Positions 11,435-21,698 of a stretch of DNA of 64,000 nt are shown in pieces. The notes under the pieces are model-generated. The model was not told the DNA's origin. It did not search any database and saw only the letters and a list, made by a program, of their open reading frames with translations. This DNA is from an uncultured Deinococcaceae bacterium. GTDB taxonomy: Bacteria; Deinococcota; Deinococci; Deinococcales; Deinococcaceae. Location: assembly GCA_964252075.1 (NCBI GenBank), contig CAXULY010000002.1, positions 175,974 to 239,973 of the forward strand, in the 5' to 3' direction. Numbering within the stretch: the first letter of the stretch is position 1; each line of letters begins with the position of its first letter. The translations under genes and the position numbers were made by a program.

Positions 11435-12028
11435 ATGTCCCTGCGCGCGAACTGGCTGACCCTGTCGCGCTTCGCGCTGGGGTTGCTGTTCGCGGTGTGC
11501 TTCCGCGTGGGGGACACGCGCGCCCTGATCGTGTCCCTCGTGCTGCTGGTCCTGATGGGCCTCAGTGACGTGCTGGACGGGTACATCGCGCGGCGCACGA
11601 ACAGCGGCAGCCGCGTGGGGGAACTCATTGATTCCGTTGCGGACGGCTTCGCGCGCTTCACGGCCTTCATCGTGTTCCTGGACGCGCGCCTGATTCCGGT
11701 GTGGATGATCCTGGTGATCTTCTGGCGGGACCTGATCTCGTGGGCGCTGCGCTTCATGGACCTTGGCGAGGGCCGCGACGAGGTGCACAAGCGCCTGTCC
11801 GGCAAGGTGAACGGCGCCGCGCAGAGCGCCGCCATCGGGGTGACGGTGCTGGCGCTGCTGTGGTCCGCCGTGCGGGGGAGCGGCGCGCCATCCCAGCTGA
11901 TCGCGGGGGTGACGCTCCTGGGGACGCTCACGGCGGCGTGGTCGAGTGTGGACCTGCTGTTCGTGTACCGCGCGACCCTGCGGCGCTTCACGGGCGCGCG
12001 GCCCGGACGGCGCCCCGCGGACGACTGA
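11435..12028 (+). CDS. CDP-alcohol phosphatidyltransferase family protein
   Basis: ANWLTLSR; DVLDGYIAR...GELIDSVAD signature; -10 TAGACT 5 nt before ATG 11435. Confidence 0.85.
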   Translation: MSLRANWLTLSRFALGLLFAVCFRVGDTRALIVSLVLLVLMGLSDVLDGYIARRTNSGSRVGELIDSVADGFARFTAFIVFLDARLIPVWMILVIFWRDLISWALRFMDLGEGRDEVHKRLSGKVNGAAQSAAIGVTVLALLWSAVRGSGAPSQLIAGVTLLGTLTAAWSSVDLLFVYRATLRRFTGARPGRRPADD

Positions 12029-12210
12029 CCCCCAACCCGGACCTTCCGGCGTTTCTGTTCAAACGGTGAAGGGCGGTTGGGAATTGGGCGCTCCCCCGTC
12101 CGTTAAGCTCCAGGCGTCCCAGCGTCACCACGGCGCACCGTGACCGCGCTCGCTGCCCGGCTTCACGTCGCGCCACCACCGCATGCCCCTGTTCCTGGAG
12201 GTGGTGTTCC

Positions 12211-14187
12211 CTGACCCGTTCAGTCCGTTCGGTCCCGTCCGTCAAGCGCGCGCTCCTGCCCGCCCTGCTGGGCCTCGCGCTGCTCGCCGGGTGCAACCCG
12301 GCGCCCTCGCCCGACCCGACCCCCACGCCCAGTCCGGCGCCCACGCCAGGACCCGCTCCCACACCCACGCCCGCACCGGCGCCAACCCCCACGCCAGCGC
12401 CCGGCCCGACCCCCTCTCCCACTCCGGCACCGGGGCCGACGCCCTCCCCCACCCCCAACCCGGTGAATCAGCCCGTCACGCTCACGTACCAGAACCCCCT
12501 CAGCATCACGAAGGCGGACGGCACGCGCGTGGAGTCCTGCGCGGACCCGTCCATCATTCAGGCGCGCACGGTCGGCGACACGAACTGGTACCTGTACTGC
12601 ACCACCGACCCGCACAACAAACAGGACCTGAACGGGCAGGGGCAGTTGAACTTTCACCTCATCAGCATCGCGAAGTCGCCGGACCTCGTGAACTGGACGT
12701 ACGTGGGGGACGCCTTCAGTCAGAAGCCCAGCTGGGTGAAGGACGACGCGGGCCTGTGGGCGCCCGACATTGAGTTCCTGAACGGCATGTACCACCTGTA
12801 CTACACCGCGAGCGACACGAAGGCGGGCGGCAGCGCCATCGGCGTGGCGGTCAGCGAAAGTCCTGCGGGACCGTGGGTGGACAGCGGCGCGCCCGTGGTG
12901 GAGCCGCAGGCCCCTCCCGGTGGGGCCGCCACGGACCGCCGCTGGGTGTACGACCCGGACGTGATCGTCGATCCAGGCGGGCAGCCCTGGATCTATTACG
13001 GCAGTTACTTCGGCGGCATTTCCGTGCGGCGCCTCAGCGCGGACGGGCTCACGAGTGACCCCGGCAGCCAGCAGGAGGTCGCGCTGGACAACCGGTACGA
13101 GGGCGCGCAGGTGGTGCGGCACGACGGCGCGTATTACCTGATGGCGTCCGCCACCAACTGCTGTAACGGCCCGCTGACCGGGTACAGCATCTTCGTGGGC
13201 CGCTCGGCGTCCCCCGCGGGGCCGTTCGTGGACCGCGACGGCGTGTCCCTCATGGACCCCCGCGTGGGCGGCACGCCCGTCATCAGCATGAACGGCAACC
13301 GCTTCGTGGGGCCCGGCCACAACGCCGTGTTCACGGACGCGGGCGGGCAGGACTGGACGGTGTACCACGCCGTGGACGTGAACGACCCGTACATCACGGT
13401 GGGCGGCATCAACAGACGCCCGGCGCTGATGGACCCCCTCGACTGGGTGAACGGCTGGCCGACGGTGCGGGGCGGACAGTGGGCGTCGGACGGCGTGATG
13501 CCCGCGCCCGCCGCGCAGGCCGGGCAGGTGAGCCAGTACGTGCGGCCCGCCCCGCCGCAGGACAACATCGGGCCGGTCCTGACCGCGTACAGCGACGACT
13601 TCGGCGCCGCGACCCTCGACCCGCGCTGGAGCTGGGTGCGCGAGCCGGACCCGGCCGTCGCGGGCCTGGACGCCGGCGCCTTCCGCTTCGACACCCAGGC
13701 GGCGGACCTGTACGTGGACAGCAACAACGCCTCGGTGCTCACCGAGCAGGCGCCCGAGGGGGACTACGCGGTGGACGTGAAGCTGAACAGCAGCCTGCCG
13801 GACGCGGGCTGCTGCCAGAACTACGCGCAGGGCGGCCTGCTCATTTACGGCGACGATGACAACTTCATCAAGGTGGGCGTGGTGTCCATCTGGAACACCC
13901 GGCAGATCGAGTACGCCAAGGAAGTGAAGGACGTGCCAGCGAACTTTCCGCGTTACGGGAACACCGTGCTGGCCGCGCCGGGGCGCGACACGTGGCTGCG
14001 CATCGTGCGGCGCGCGGCGGGCGCGGGCGAGACGTACACCGGGTACTCCAGCCTGGACGGCGTGCACTGGACGCGGGGCGGCACGTGGACGCATGCGCTC
14101 GGGCGGGCGCGCATCGGGCTGTTCTCGATGGGCGGGGCGGGCTTCACGAACCGCTTCGACAGCGTGACGGTCTACGGCCTGCAGTGA
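12211..14187 (+). CDS. GH43 glycoside hydrolase lipoprotein with Pro/Thr linker and C-terminal beta-sandwich; proposed CTG start
   Basis: CADPSII, WAPD, YDPD, YEG, GPGHN; in-frame lipobox LLAGC upstream of the ORF-track GTG 12463; SD GGAGGTG 7 nt before CTG 12211. Confidence 0.8.
   Translation: MTRSVRSVPSVKRALLPALLGLALLAGCNPAPSPDPTPTPSPAPTPGPAPTPTPAPAPTPTPAPGPTPSPTPAPGPTPSPTPNPVNQPVTLTYQNPLSITKADGTRVESCADPSIIQARTVGDTNWYLYCTTDPHNKQDLNGQGQLNFHLISIAKSPDLVNWTYVGDAFSQKPSWVKDDAGLWAPDIEFLNGMYHLYYTASDTKAGGSAIGVAVSESPAGPWVDSGAPVVEPQAPPGGAATDRRWVYDPDVIVDPGGQPWIYYGSYFGGISVRRLSADGLTSDPGSQQEVALDNRYEGAQVVRHDGAYYLMASATNCCNGPLTGYSIFVGRSASPAGPFVDRDGVSLMDPRVGGTPVISMNGNRFVGPGHNAVFTDAGGQDWTVYHAVDVNDPYITVGGINRRPALMDPLDWVNGWPTVRGGQWASDGVMPAPAAQAGQVSQYVRPAPPQDNIGPVLTAYSDDFGAATLDPRWSWVREPDPAVAGLDAGAFRFDTQAADLYVDSNNASVLTEQAPEGDYAVDVKLNSSLPDAGCCQNYAQGGLLIYGDDDNFIKVGVVSIWNTRQIEYAKEVKDVPANFPRYGNTVLAAPGRDTWLRIVRRAAGAGETYTGYSSLDGVHWTRGGTWTHALGRARIGLFSMGGAGFTNRFDSVTVYGLQ
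12298..12462 (+). repeat. Pro/Thr/Ala/Ser low-complexity linker
   Basis: Encodes [33 protein letters not shown]... Confidence 0.8.
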
Positions 14188-14197
14188 GGGCGTGAGG

Positions 14198-14229
14198 AGG
14201 GACGGCCCGCGTGCGGGCCGTCCCTTTTT
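14198..14229 (+). terminator. Rho-independent terminator
   Basis: AGGGACGGCCCGC-GT-GCGGGCCGTCCCT followed by TTTT; between convergent genes. Confidence 0.85.
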
Positions 14230-14232
14230 GCG

Positions 14233-14730
14233 TCACCAGGTGTCGCCGCCACCGGGTGGGGGCCACGCGCCGAGCATCTGGCGCAGCTGAATGACCTGCC
14301 CGAGGTGCACGGCGTTGTGTGTGACGTGCAGCACCAGCTCGTACCCGAGGGACTCGCCGGGCCGCACGGGGCGTGCGAGGTCCACCTCGAACACGAGGCG
14401 CTGGAACTCCTTGACGCCCGCCAGGAAGTCTGCGCGCAACGCGTCCCAGTCGTCCGGCCCGGTGGGCGGCCAGCCGCCCGCGGCGTGCTCGGGCGGCGTG
14501 GGCGCCTCGCCGCGCAGGAGGGCGTGCGTGAAGTCCTGCCAGAACCGCACGTGCGCGACGATCTCCGCGATGGTGTGCGGCGCACCGTCCACCCGGCGGC
14601 AGGCGTCCTGCGCGCTGAGGCCCACGAGCGCGCGGGTGGGCGGCACGAAGGGGCTCCCCTGGTCCAGCAGGCGGATCAGGGACGCGGGAGGGGGGCCTAG
14701 CAGCAGCGGCGCGGTGGTGTCGTCCGGCAT
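14233..14730 (-). CDS. DinB/YfiT-family protein
   Basis: HTIAEIVAH and HNAVHLGQV His motifs; -10 TACAAT 6 nt before ATG 14730. Confidence 0.85.
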   Translation of the reverse strand: MPDDTTAPLLLGPPPASLIRLLDQGSPFVPPTRALVGLSAQDACRRVDGAPHTIAEIVAHVRFWQDFTHALLRGEAPTPPEHAAGGWPPTGPDDWDALRADFLAGVKEFQRLVFEVDLARPVRPGESLGYELVLHVTHNAVHLGQVIQLRQMLGAWPPPGGGDTW

Positions 14731-14780
14731 GCCCGGATTGTACGGGCTGGGGCGGCCCGACGGGACCGCCCCAGCCCGCC

Positions 14781-17700
14781 TTAGGTGTCCTCGCGCACGG
14801 CGCGGCGCGCGGGCGGGGGGCGCGGCACCGTGCGGGGCGGGCGCGCCTCCAGTTCCGCGAGGACCAGCGCGACCGCCCGCTCCAGCTGCGGGTCGCCGCC
14901 CTCGATGACGGCCTTGGGCGTCATCTCGACCTCCACGTCCGGCGTGACGCCCTCGTTCTCCACCTCCCAGGCGCCGTCCGGGCTGAAGATCGCGAGGCGC
15001 GGCGACGTGAAGAAGCCCCCGTCGCGCAGCACCGGGTAATCGTAAATGCCGATCAGGCCGCCCCACGTGCGCTTGCCCACCACGGGGCCCAGCCCGCGCC
15101 GCTGGAAGAACAGCGGGAGGGCGTCGCCGCCGGAGCCCGCGAGTTCGTTGATGACCATGGCTTTCGGGCCGAAGATGCTGGCGTTCGGGCTCGCGAACGG
15201 CTGGCCCTCACGCGTCGCCCAGTAACTCAGGAGCGGGCGGTCCAGCAGGTCCACCACGTAGTCCGCGACGGACCCGCCGCCGTTGTAGCGCTCGTCCAGC
15301 ACCACGCCCTGCCTGCCGAGCTGCGAGAAGTAATCGCGGTTGAAGGCGTCGTAGCCCCAGCGCGCGGTGTCCGCCATGTAGATGTACGCGAGGCGCCCGC
15401 CGGACAGCGCATCCACGCGGCGGCGGTTGTCCTCCACCCACGACCAGTGCCGCAGGCGCGCCTCGCTGTCGATGGGGCGCACCGTGACGGTGCGGGCGTC
15501 CGCGTCGCTGGTGGTGGGGCCCACCCGCAGGTCCGTCACGCGGTTCGCGGTCTGCCCGAAGGCCTCGTACAGGTTCATGCTGGCGCGCACCGGGCGGCCG
15601 TTCACGGCGAGCAGGTACTCGCCCTCGCGAACGTTCACGCCGGGTTCCGTGAGGGGCGCGCGCAGTTCCGGGCGCCAGTTCAGGCCGCGGTACACGCGCG
15701 TGATGCGGTAGTGCCCGTCCTGCAGCGCGTAGTCCGCGCCGAGCAGGCCCACCTGCTCGGGCGTGGGTTTCGGCTGGTCCCCGCCGCCCACGTAGGCGTG
15801 CCCCGCGACGAGCTCACCGGAAAGTTCCGCAAGGAGTGCGTTCAGGTCCTCGCGGTGCCCGACGTGCGGCAGGAACGCCGCGTACTTCTCGTACACGGCG
15901 GGCCAGTCGAGGCCGTGCAGGTCCGCGTCGTAGAAGTAATCGCGGTGGATGCGCCACGCCTCCCGGAAGATCTGCCGCCACTCCGCAGCGGGGTCCACGC
16001 GCACCTGCACGGCGCTCAGGTCCAGGCGGCCGTCCTCGGGTTTCGGCGGGGTATCGGTCCCCACGAGGGCGTAACTGCCGGGCTCGCGCCCCGCGTACAG
16101 CAGCTTCTGCCCGTTCGCGCTGACCCAGTAGTCGCGCACGCCCTCCAGGAACACGCTGGCGCTGCGTTTCTGCGCGTCGTAGGCGTGCAGCATGTACGTT
16201 TCGGGCGCGTCGTCGGTGGGGGCGCGCGCCTCCGTGCGGCGCTCCAGGTAGAACAGGCGGCCCTGCGCCACCTGCAGGTGGTGGTAATCGCCGGGCGGGG
16301 TGGGGAGCGCGAGGGTGCGCTCCGCGAGGCCCTCCACGTCCACGCGGGTGGCCTCGGGCGCGGCGCCCTCCCCGATGCCTGCGGGTGAGCCGGGCGCTTC
16401 CTCGTCGCTTTCCGGCGCGAGCGGTGAGGGGTCGTCGCGGCGCAGGACCGTGACGTACAGGTTGCGCGTGACGGGCCGCTCGTAGGAGGTCATGTCGAGC
16501 CAGCCGGTGTTCAGGCCGTAATTCACGCTCGCCGCGAAGTACAGCAGGCGCCCGTCCGGGCTGAAGCGCGCGCTGATCGCGTCGCTCGCGCCGTCACTCA
16601 GCTGGTGCGTCTCGCGCCGCGCGAGGTCGTGCAGGAACACCGCGCGCAGGTGGTTGGGGAGGCGGCGCGTGTACGTGAGCCACTGCCCGTCCGGGGACCA
16701 CGCGGGGTCCAGGCTGCGCTCGGGGTGGTCGTAGGTGTCGGTGTCCACACGCGTGACTTCGCCCGTGTCGAGCGTGACGTACGAGAGGTTCAGGGCCTTG
16801 TCGGTGAAGGCGATGCGCGCGCCGTCCGGGGACCACAGCGGCGCGTGGTAGAAGGACGGCGTGCCGAGCGGGTAGCGGCGGCGCACCTCGCCCTTCTGGT
16901 CCGCGACGACCAGTTCGTACTCGCCGCGCTCGTCGGAGAAGTACGCGATGGCCTGACCGTCCGGGGACCACGCGGGGTCGCGCGCGGCGCTGCCGGAGTC
17001 GCTGGTGATCACGCGCGCGTCGCCCTTGCTGGCGGGCACCGTGAGCACCGTGCCGCGCGCCGCGAACACCGCGCGCGCGCCCGTCGGGGAGAGGCCGCTC
17101 GCGGTGATGAAGGGCGCGGCGGGCACGAGGCGGGGGCGGCGCGCGGGGTAGTCGGCGTCCAGGGTGATGCTCAGCGCCTCGCCCTGGTCCTCGCCGGGCG
17201 TGAGGCGGTGCAGGCGCCCGCCCTGCTCGTACACCAGCGCGTCCGGCCCGGCGCTGAGCGAGCGGACGTCGAAATCGTCGTGGAAGGTCAGCTGCGTGAC
17301 CTCACCCTGCGCCTCGTCCAGGCGAAAGACGTTCACGGTGCCGCGGCGGTCGGACAGGAAGTGCAGCGCGCCGTTCAGCCAGCACGGGAAGGTGTCCGTG
17401 GCGTTCTCGTGCGGCACGACCGTGTGCTCCAGGGTGTGCAGGTCCAGCAGCCAGATGGGCACCGTCATGCCGCCCCTGTAGCGTTTCCAGGACCACCACG
17501 GCTCCCCGAAGGGCGTGTACGCGATGCGCCGCCCGTCCGCGCTGATCGCGCCGCGCTCCGCGGTGGGCATGGGGAGCGCCGTGGGGTGATCGCCGTCCAG
17601 CGGCATGGTGAACAGCTGCTGCACGCGCGCGCTGACGGACGCGCGGGCGGAGGCGAACAGCACCTGCCCGTCGGGCGTCCAGCCGCGCACGTGGTCGTTG

Positions 17701-17993
17701 CCCGGGTGGAAGGTGAGGCGGCGGGGCGGCCCGCCCGCAGTGGGCATCACGTACACGCTCATGCTGCCCGAGTCGTTCCCGGAGAACGCGAGGTGCTGAC
17801 CGTCCGGCGAGAACGCGAGGGCCGTCTTGTACCCACTGGTGGCGGTGAGGCGGCGCGCGCGCTGGCCGTCCTGGTCGGCCAGCCACACGTCCCCAGCGTG
17901 AATGAAGGCGAGGTGGTGGGCGCTGAGGGTGGGCTGCTTCAGGAGCAGCGTCCCCGCGGCCTGGGGGGCAGTGGGCATGGCGTCATTAAACAC
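14781..17993 (-). CDS. Tricorn-type S41 protease, no signal peptide seen
   Basis: Beta-propeller repeats (FSPDG/WSPDG), WKRYRGG, PDZ-like region, DERYNGGG, catalytic AGSGGD, GKRTWGG, VENEGVTPD; start 17993 or 17978. Confidence 0.9.
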   Translation of the reverse strand: MFNDAMPTAPQAAGTLLLKQPTLSAHHLAFIHAGDVWLADQDGQRARRLTATSGYKTALAFSPDGQHLAFSGNDSGSMSVYVMPTAGGPPRRLTFHPGNDHVRGWTPDGQVLFASARASVSARVQQLFTMPLDGDHPTALPMPTAERGAISADGRRIAYTPFGEPWWSWKRYRGGMTVPIWLLDLHTLEHTVVPHENATDTFPCWLNGALHFLSDRRGTVNVFRLDEAQGEVTQLTFHDDFDVRSLSAGPDALVYEQGGRLHRLTPGEDQGEALSITLDADYPARRPRLVPAAPFITASGLSPTGARAVFAARGTVLTVPASKGDARVITSDSGSAARDPAWSPDGQAIAYFSDERGEYELVVADQKGEVRRRYPLGTPSFYHAPLWSPDGARIAFTDKALNLSYVTLDTGEVTRVDTDTYDHPERSLDPAWSPDGQWLTYTRRLPNHLRAVFLHDLARRETHQLSDGASDAISARFSPDGRLLYFAASVNYGLNTGWLDMTSYERPVTRNLYVTVLRRDDPSPLAPESDEEAPGSPAGIGEGAAPEATRVDVEGLAERTLALPTPPGDYHHLQVAQGRLFYLERRTEARAPTDDAPETYMLHAYDAQKRSASVFLEGVRDYWVSANGQKLLYAGREPGSYALVGTDTPPKPEDGRLDLSAVQVRVDPAAEWRQIFREAWRIHRDYFYDADLHGLDWPAVYEKYAAFLPHVGHREDLNALLAELSGELVAGHAYVGGGDQPKPTPEQVGLLGADYALQDGHYRITRVYRGLNWRPELRAPLTEPGVNVREGEYLLAVNGRPVRASMNLYEAFGQTANRVTDLRVGPTTSDADARTVTVRPIDSEARLRHWSWVEDNRRRVDALSGGRLAYIYMADTARWGYDAFNRDYFSQLGRQGVVLDERYNGGGSVADYVVDLLDRPLLSYWATREGQPFASPNASIFGPKAMVINELAGSGGDALPLFFQRRGLGPVVGKRTWGGLIGIYDYPVLRDGGFFTSPRLAIFSPDGAWEVENEGVTPDVEVEMTPKAVIEGGDPQLERAVALVLAELEARPPRTVPRPPPARRAVREDT

Positions 17994-18006
17994 CGCGCGG
18001 CGCGCC

Positions 18007-19938
18007 TCAGTTGAGTCTGGAGAGCCGCTCCATCATGTGCTGCAGCGCCGGGGGGCGCTCCAGCTGCTCCGCGTCGAAGCGCTCCGTGACGCCCCGCAGG
18101 GTGTGCAGCGCCTGCGCGCGGCCCTCCAGTTGCAGGGTGGCTTCCACCAGCAGTTCGGCGAGCGTCTCGTCGAAAGGATCAATTTCCAGCAGGCGCCGCG
18201 AGAGGCGCAGGCAGCGCGCGTAATCGCCGCTGGCACTCCAGCGCTGCATGAGTTGCAGCCCGACCTTGACCATGGACCATTCCAAGTGCGTTCGCTCCTT
18301 GTGCACCCACTCGCTGGTCGCGTCTGCCAGGAACGGTCCCTGATAGAGCGTCAGGGCGTGCATGAGGCCATTGTCGTTCCCGGCACTGAGCAGGCGCTGA
18401 AACTCCTCGACGTCCCACGAGAGGCGCGTGCCCTCCACCTGCACGCCGTAGGTGCCGCGCTCCCGCTCGAAGCGAATCGCGAGGTTCGGGAGCACCTGAT
18501 TGAGCTCGTGGCGCGCCTGATGGAAGTAATTCGTGGCGCGCTGCGGGTCGTCGTCGGGCCACAGGTCCAGCAGCACCTCGTCGCGCGTGACGGACTCGCG
18601 CAGCATCACGTAGGTAAGGAGTTCCACGCTCCGGCGCATGCCGAGCCGCACCTCCTGGCCGTCCACCAGCACCTGACCGCGCCCGAAGGACTGCAGGCGC
18701 ACCTGCAGGGGCGCGCAGATGTCCGTCGCGCGGCGGTCCGCGAGCAGGCGCTGCGCGTCCGCTTCGTCCGCGTGCGCGGCGAGATACGCGGGCAGTTCGC
18801 GCAGCAGGTGCAGCTCCGGGATGAGCGAGGCCCCGTCCCCGAGCGCCTCGCGGTGCAGCGCTGCGCGGCGCAGCGCCTCACGGGCGGGCGCCGCCTCCCC
18901 CTGGCGCAGGTGCGCTTCCGCGAGGTGCAGTTCAGCCCACGCCGCCTCGCGCGGGAAGTCCAGGGCCGTCCAGGCGTCCCGCGCGCCGCGCAGGGTGCCG
19001 AGCGCCTCGGGGCGGCCCGCGCGCGCCTCCCAGGCGCCGCGGCGCAGCGCGAGGTGCGCGCGGTCCGCGGGCTTCTCCTCCAGCCGCGCGGCGCGCGCGA
19101 GGGCGCCCGCCGCGTCGTCCAGCTGCCCGACCGCCGTGTGCACGCTTGCAGCGCCGAGCAGCGCGATGAACTCGGTGTTCGCCTCCCCCACCGTGCGGGC
19201 GTGCCCGGTCGCGGCGGCGTACGCGCTGAGCGCCTCTTGCCAGCGGCCCTGCGCGCGGCGCAGGGTCCCCAGCAGGTACGCCGTGAAGGCGCGCGCGCCG
19301 GGCGTGGCGTCCAGCAGCGCCTGGGCGGCGTCCAGGTCCGCGTCCGCGCGGGCGTAGCGGCCCGCGTGCACGGCGCACAGCGCGCGCGTCAGGAGCCCCT
19401 GCAGGCGGCGCTCCGGGAGGGTCCCCGCGATGGCCGTGTCGAGGTAATGCAGGGCGGGCGCGGTGCGGCCCAGCTGCGCGTAGGCGTACCCGAGCAGTTG
19501 CGCGGTGGGGCCCACCAGCGCCTCACCGTCCGCGCCGAGCGCGGTGACGTCACGCCACGCCAGCTCCAGTGCCCGCACGGCCTCGCGGTGCTGCCCGGCG
19601 GCCAGCAGGCACGCGCCGTGCTCGCGGTGCGCGAGCGCCCGGTCGAAGGGGCCGAGGTCCCCCCACGGCAGCGTCATCAGGGCCTCCATGGCGGACTCCA
19701 GCTGCCCCAGGTACCGCCACACGGTGGCCAGTTCGATGCCGGCCGCCGCGCAGCCGCGCGCGTGGGCGCGCAGCAGCAGGTCCTTGGCGGGCAGCAGTTC
19801 CCCCAGCGCGAAGCGCGCGTAGCCGCCCCAGCGGTCGTCGTCCGCGTCGGGCGCGGGGCGCGCCGCGTACGCCGCGAGGGCCGCCCCCGCGCCCTCATTC
19901 AGCAGGGTACGCAGGAGGGTGGGGCGCTCGGGCGTCAT
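18007..19938 (-). CDS. Transcriptional activator: N-terminal TPRs, SARP-type winged HTH and BTAD domain
   Basis: Ala/Leu helical repeats; RRSVELLTY..TRDEVLLDLWPD; DVEEF..LYQGPFLAD..EWV..ER; EIDPFDE; -10 TACACT 6 nt before ATG. Confidence 0.85.
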   Translation of the reverse strand: MTPERPTLLRTLLNEGAGAALAAYAARPAPDADDDRWGGYARFALGELLPAKDLLLRAHARGCAAAGIELATVWRYLGQLESAMEALMTLPWGDLGPFDRALAHREHGACLLAAGQHREAVRALELAWRDVTALGADGEALVGPTAQLLGYAYAQLGRTAPALHYLDTAIAGTLPERRLQGLLTRALCAVHAGRYARADADLDAAQALLDATPGARAFTAYLLGTLRRAQGRWQEALSAYAAATGHARTVGEANTEFIALLGAASVHTAVGQLDDAAGALARAARLEEKPADRAHLALRRGAWEARAGRPEALGTLRGARDAWTALDFPREAAWAELHLAEAHLRQGEAAPAREALRRAALHREALGDGASLIPELHLLRELPAYLAAHADEADAQRLLADRRATDICAPLQVRLQSFGRGQVLVDGQEVRLGMRRSVELLTYVMLRESVTRDEVLLDLWPDDDPQRATNYFHQARHELNQVLPNLAIRFERERGTYGVQVEGTRLSWDVEEFQRLLSAGNDNGLMHALTLYQGPFLADATSEWVHKERTHLEWSMVKVGLQLMQRWSASGDYARCLRLSRRLLEIDPFDETLAELLVEATLQLEGRAQALHTLRGVTERFDAEQLERPPALQHMMERLSRLN

Positions 19939-20041
19939 GCCCCCAGTGTACTGACGGCCACTCAGTGAGGAGGCATTTTCAGCTACACGGCCACTACAAG
20001 CGCACTCACTACTCTTTCATCACGCCTGGGAGGGCGTCCTC

Positions 20042-20188
20042 ATGCGGAACACCCTGCGCACGCTGCTTGGCACCCTGACCATCCTGCTCGCCGCCACCTC
20101 GGCCCTCGCGGACGGCAACGTCGTCGGCGGTGGGGGCCTCGGCAAACCCACCCCGACCGCCGCGTCCCCCGTCAGCACCCAGCCCTGA
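20042..20188 (+). CDS. Small secreted peptide, 48 aa, below the ORF-track cutoff
   Basis: GGGAGG RBS; MRNTLRTLLGTLTILLAATSALA-DGNVVGGGGLGKPTPTAASPVSTQP; Sec-type signal ending A-L-A. Confidence 0.75.
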   Translation: MRNTLRTLLGTLTILLAATSALADGNVVGGGGLGKPTPTAASPVSTQP

Positions 20189-20275
20189 ACTTCGGCACGA
20201 AGCGCCCCGCGCACGCACGGTGCCGGGGCGCGTGGCCTGCCGCTGGTCTTCCCTTCATTCCCTCAAGGAGTTCTC

Positions 20276-21592
20276 ATGCGTCAACTGCTGCTTGCCTGCA
20301 CGCTCATCACCAGCGCCCTCGTTCTCGGCAGCTGCGCCGCGCCCCCACAGGTCGCCGCGCCCGCCCGCGCCGCCACGTACACCCAGCTGCTCACCGTCCA
20401 CATTGACGCCAGCGCCCGCGCGCAGGACCTCGAACGGCGCAGCGGCGGCAAGGTGCTGATCTTCAAGCCCGAGGCGGGCTTCGCGGTGCTCGGCCTGACG
20501 GGCGCGGGCAACCCCCTGCGCGCCCAGGCGAGCGTCGGCGGGCAGCTGGAGCAGAACGCCGGGAACTTCCACCTCACGGGCGGCACCCTGTGGATTGATG
20601 GCGGCACGCTCTGGATTGACGGCGGCACCCTGTGGATCGACGGTGGCACGCTCTGGATTGACGGCGGCACCCTGTGGATTGACGGCGGCACGCTCTGGAT
20701 CGACGGGCAGTTCCACTCGATGCCGCAGAACACCGACGCCTTCAGGCAGGTGCACCTTGACGACGCGCAGCGCCGCTCCGCGCACCTCGGCGCGGGCGTC
20801 AAGGTCGCTGTGATTGATTCGGGCCTTGATCTCACGCACCCAGCCTTCCAGGGCGTGGTGGATCAGCAGAACATGCATGACTTCGTGGACGGCGACAGCC
20901 AGCCGCAGGAGGTCGGGCAGGTCGGGCAGGTGCCGTACGGGCACGGCACGGGCGTCGCGGGTGTGGTGCGGCAGGTCGCGCCGAACAGCCGCATCCTGCC
21001 CCTGCGCGTGGTGGACGCGAACGGCAACGCCGACGCCGCGAACGTCGCGAGCGCCATCGTGTGGGCGGTCGATCACGGCTCGCAGGTCATCAACCTCAGC
21101 CTGGGCAGCGACGAGGACTCCCCCGCCGTGGACGCCGCGCTGGAGTACGCCGCGAGCCACAACGTGAACGTGACCCTCTCGGCGGGCAACCGCGGCGCGG
21201 AGGTGCTGGACGAGCCCGCCGCGAGCATCGCGGGGAGCGCCGCGCGGCGCGCCACCAGCGTCAGCGTCGGCAGCGTGGACGCCAGTGACACCAGGAGCAG
21301 CTTCAGCAGCTACGGCCCCACCCTGAACCTCAGCGCGCCCGGCGAGCACATCACGGTGCCCGCACCGGACGGTCACATGGCGGTGTGGAGCGGCACGTCC
21401 TTCAGCGCGCCGCTCGCGGCGGGCGCACTCGCGCTCGCGCTGGGGGAACGCAGCAACGGCGCGAACGTCATTCAGGCGCTCAAGGACAGCGCGCAGGACA
21501 TCAACGGCGTGAGCGGCAACGCCGCCTACGCCCAGAAGCTCGGCGGGCGCCTGGACGTGAACGCTCTGCTGCAGCGCGTCACCACCCCCTGA
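20276..21592 (+). CDS. S8 subtilisin-like serine protease, predicted lipoprotein
   Basis: AAGGAG RBS; lipobox [29 protein letters not shown]. Confidence 0.9.
   Translation: MRQLLLACTLITSALVLGSCAAPPQVAAPARAATYTQLLTVHIDASARAQDLERRSGGKVLIFKPEAGFAVLGLTGAGNPLRAQASVGGQLEQNAGNFHLTGGTLWIDGGTLWIDGGTLWIDGGTLWIDGGTLWIDGGTLWIDGQFHSMPQNTDAFRQVHLDDAQRRSAHLGAGVKVAVIDSGLDLTHPAFQGVVDQQNMHDFVDGDSQPQEVGQVGQVPYGHGTGVAGVVRQVAPNSRILPLRVVDANGNADAANVASAIVWAVDHGSQVINLSLGSDEDSPAVDAALEYAASHNVNVTLSAGNRGAEVLDEPAASIAGSAARRATSVSVGSVDASDTRSSFSSYGPTLNLSAPGEHITVPAPDGHMAVWSGTSFSAPLAAGALALALGERSNGANVIQALKDSAQDINGVSGNAAYAQKLGGRLDVNALLQRVTTP
20579..20704 (+). repeat. Six tandem 21-nt units encoding (GGTLWID)x6
   Basis: GGYGGCACSCTSTGGATYGAY x6; only synonymous differences. 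Confidence 0.95.
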
Positions 21593-21605
21593 CCTCAGGC
21601 AGAAC

Positions 21606-21647
21606 CACAACTGGAGGGGCGGCCTTGGGGCCGCCCCTCCAGTTGTG
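21606..21647. terminator. Perfect 19-bp inverted repeat (terminator or mRNA-stabilising hairpin)
   Basis: CACAACTGGAGGGGCGGCC-TTGG-GGCCGCCCCTCCAGTTGTG. Confidence 0.75.
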
Positions 21648-21698
21648 ACTTTGAGCGCTTCCCGGGCACAGGCGCGGCATAAACTGACAACAGCACCC

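Noticed and set aside
12085..12098. LacI/CelR-like operator TTGGGCGCTCCCCC upstream of GH43
   Set aside because: Only a partial match to TGGGAGCGCTCCCA and no LacI gene in the window
12183..12773. ATG-initiated 196-aa ORF as the true GH43 start via frameshift
   Set aside because: Off-frame, shadow-like composition, no slippery site seen; SD spacing favours CTG 12211
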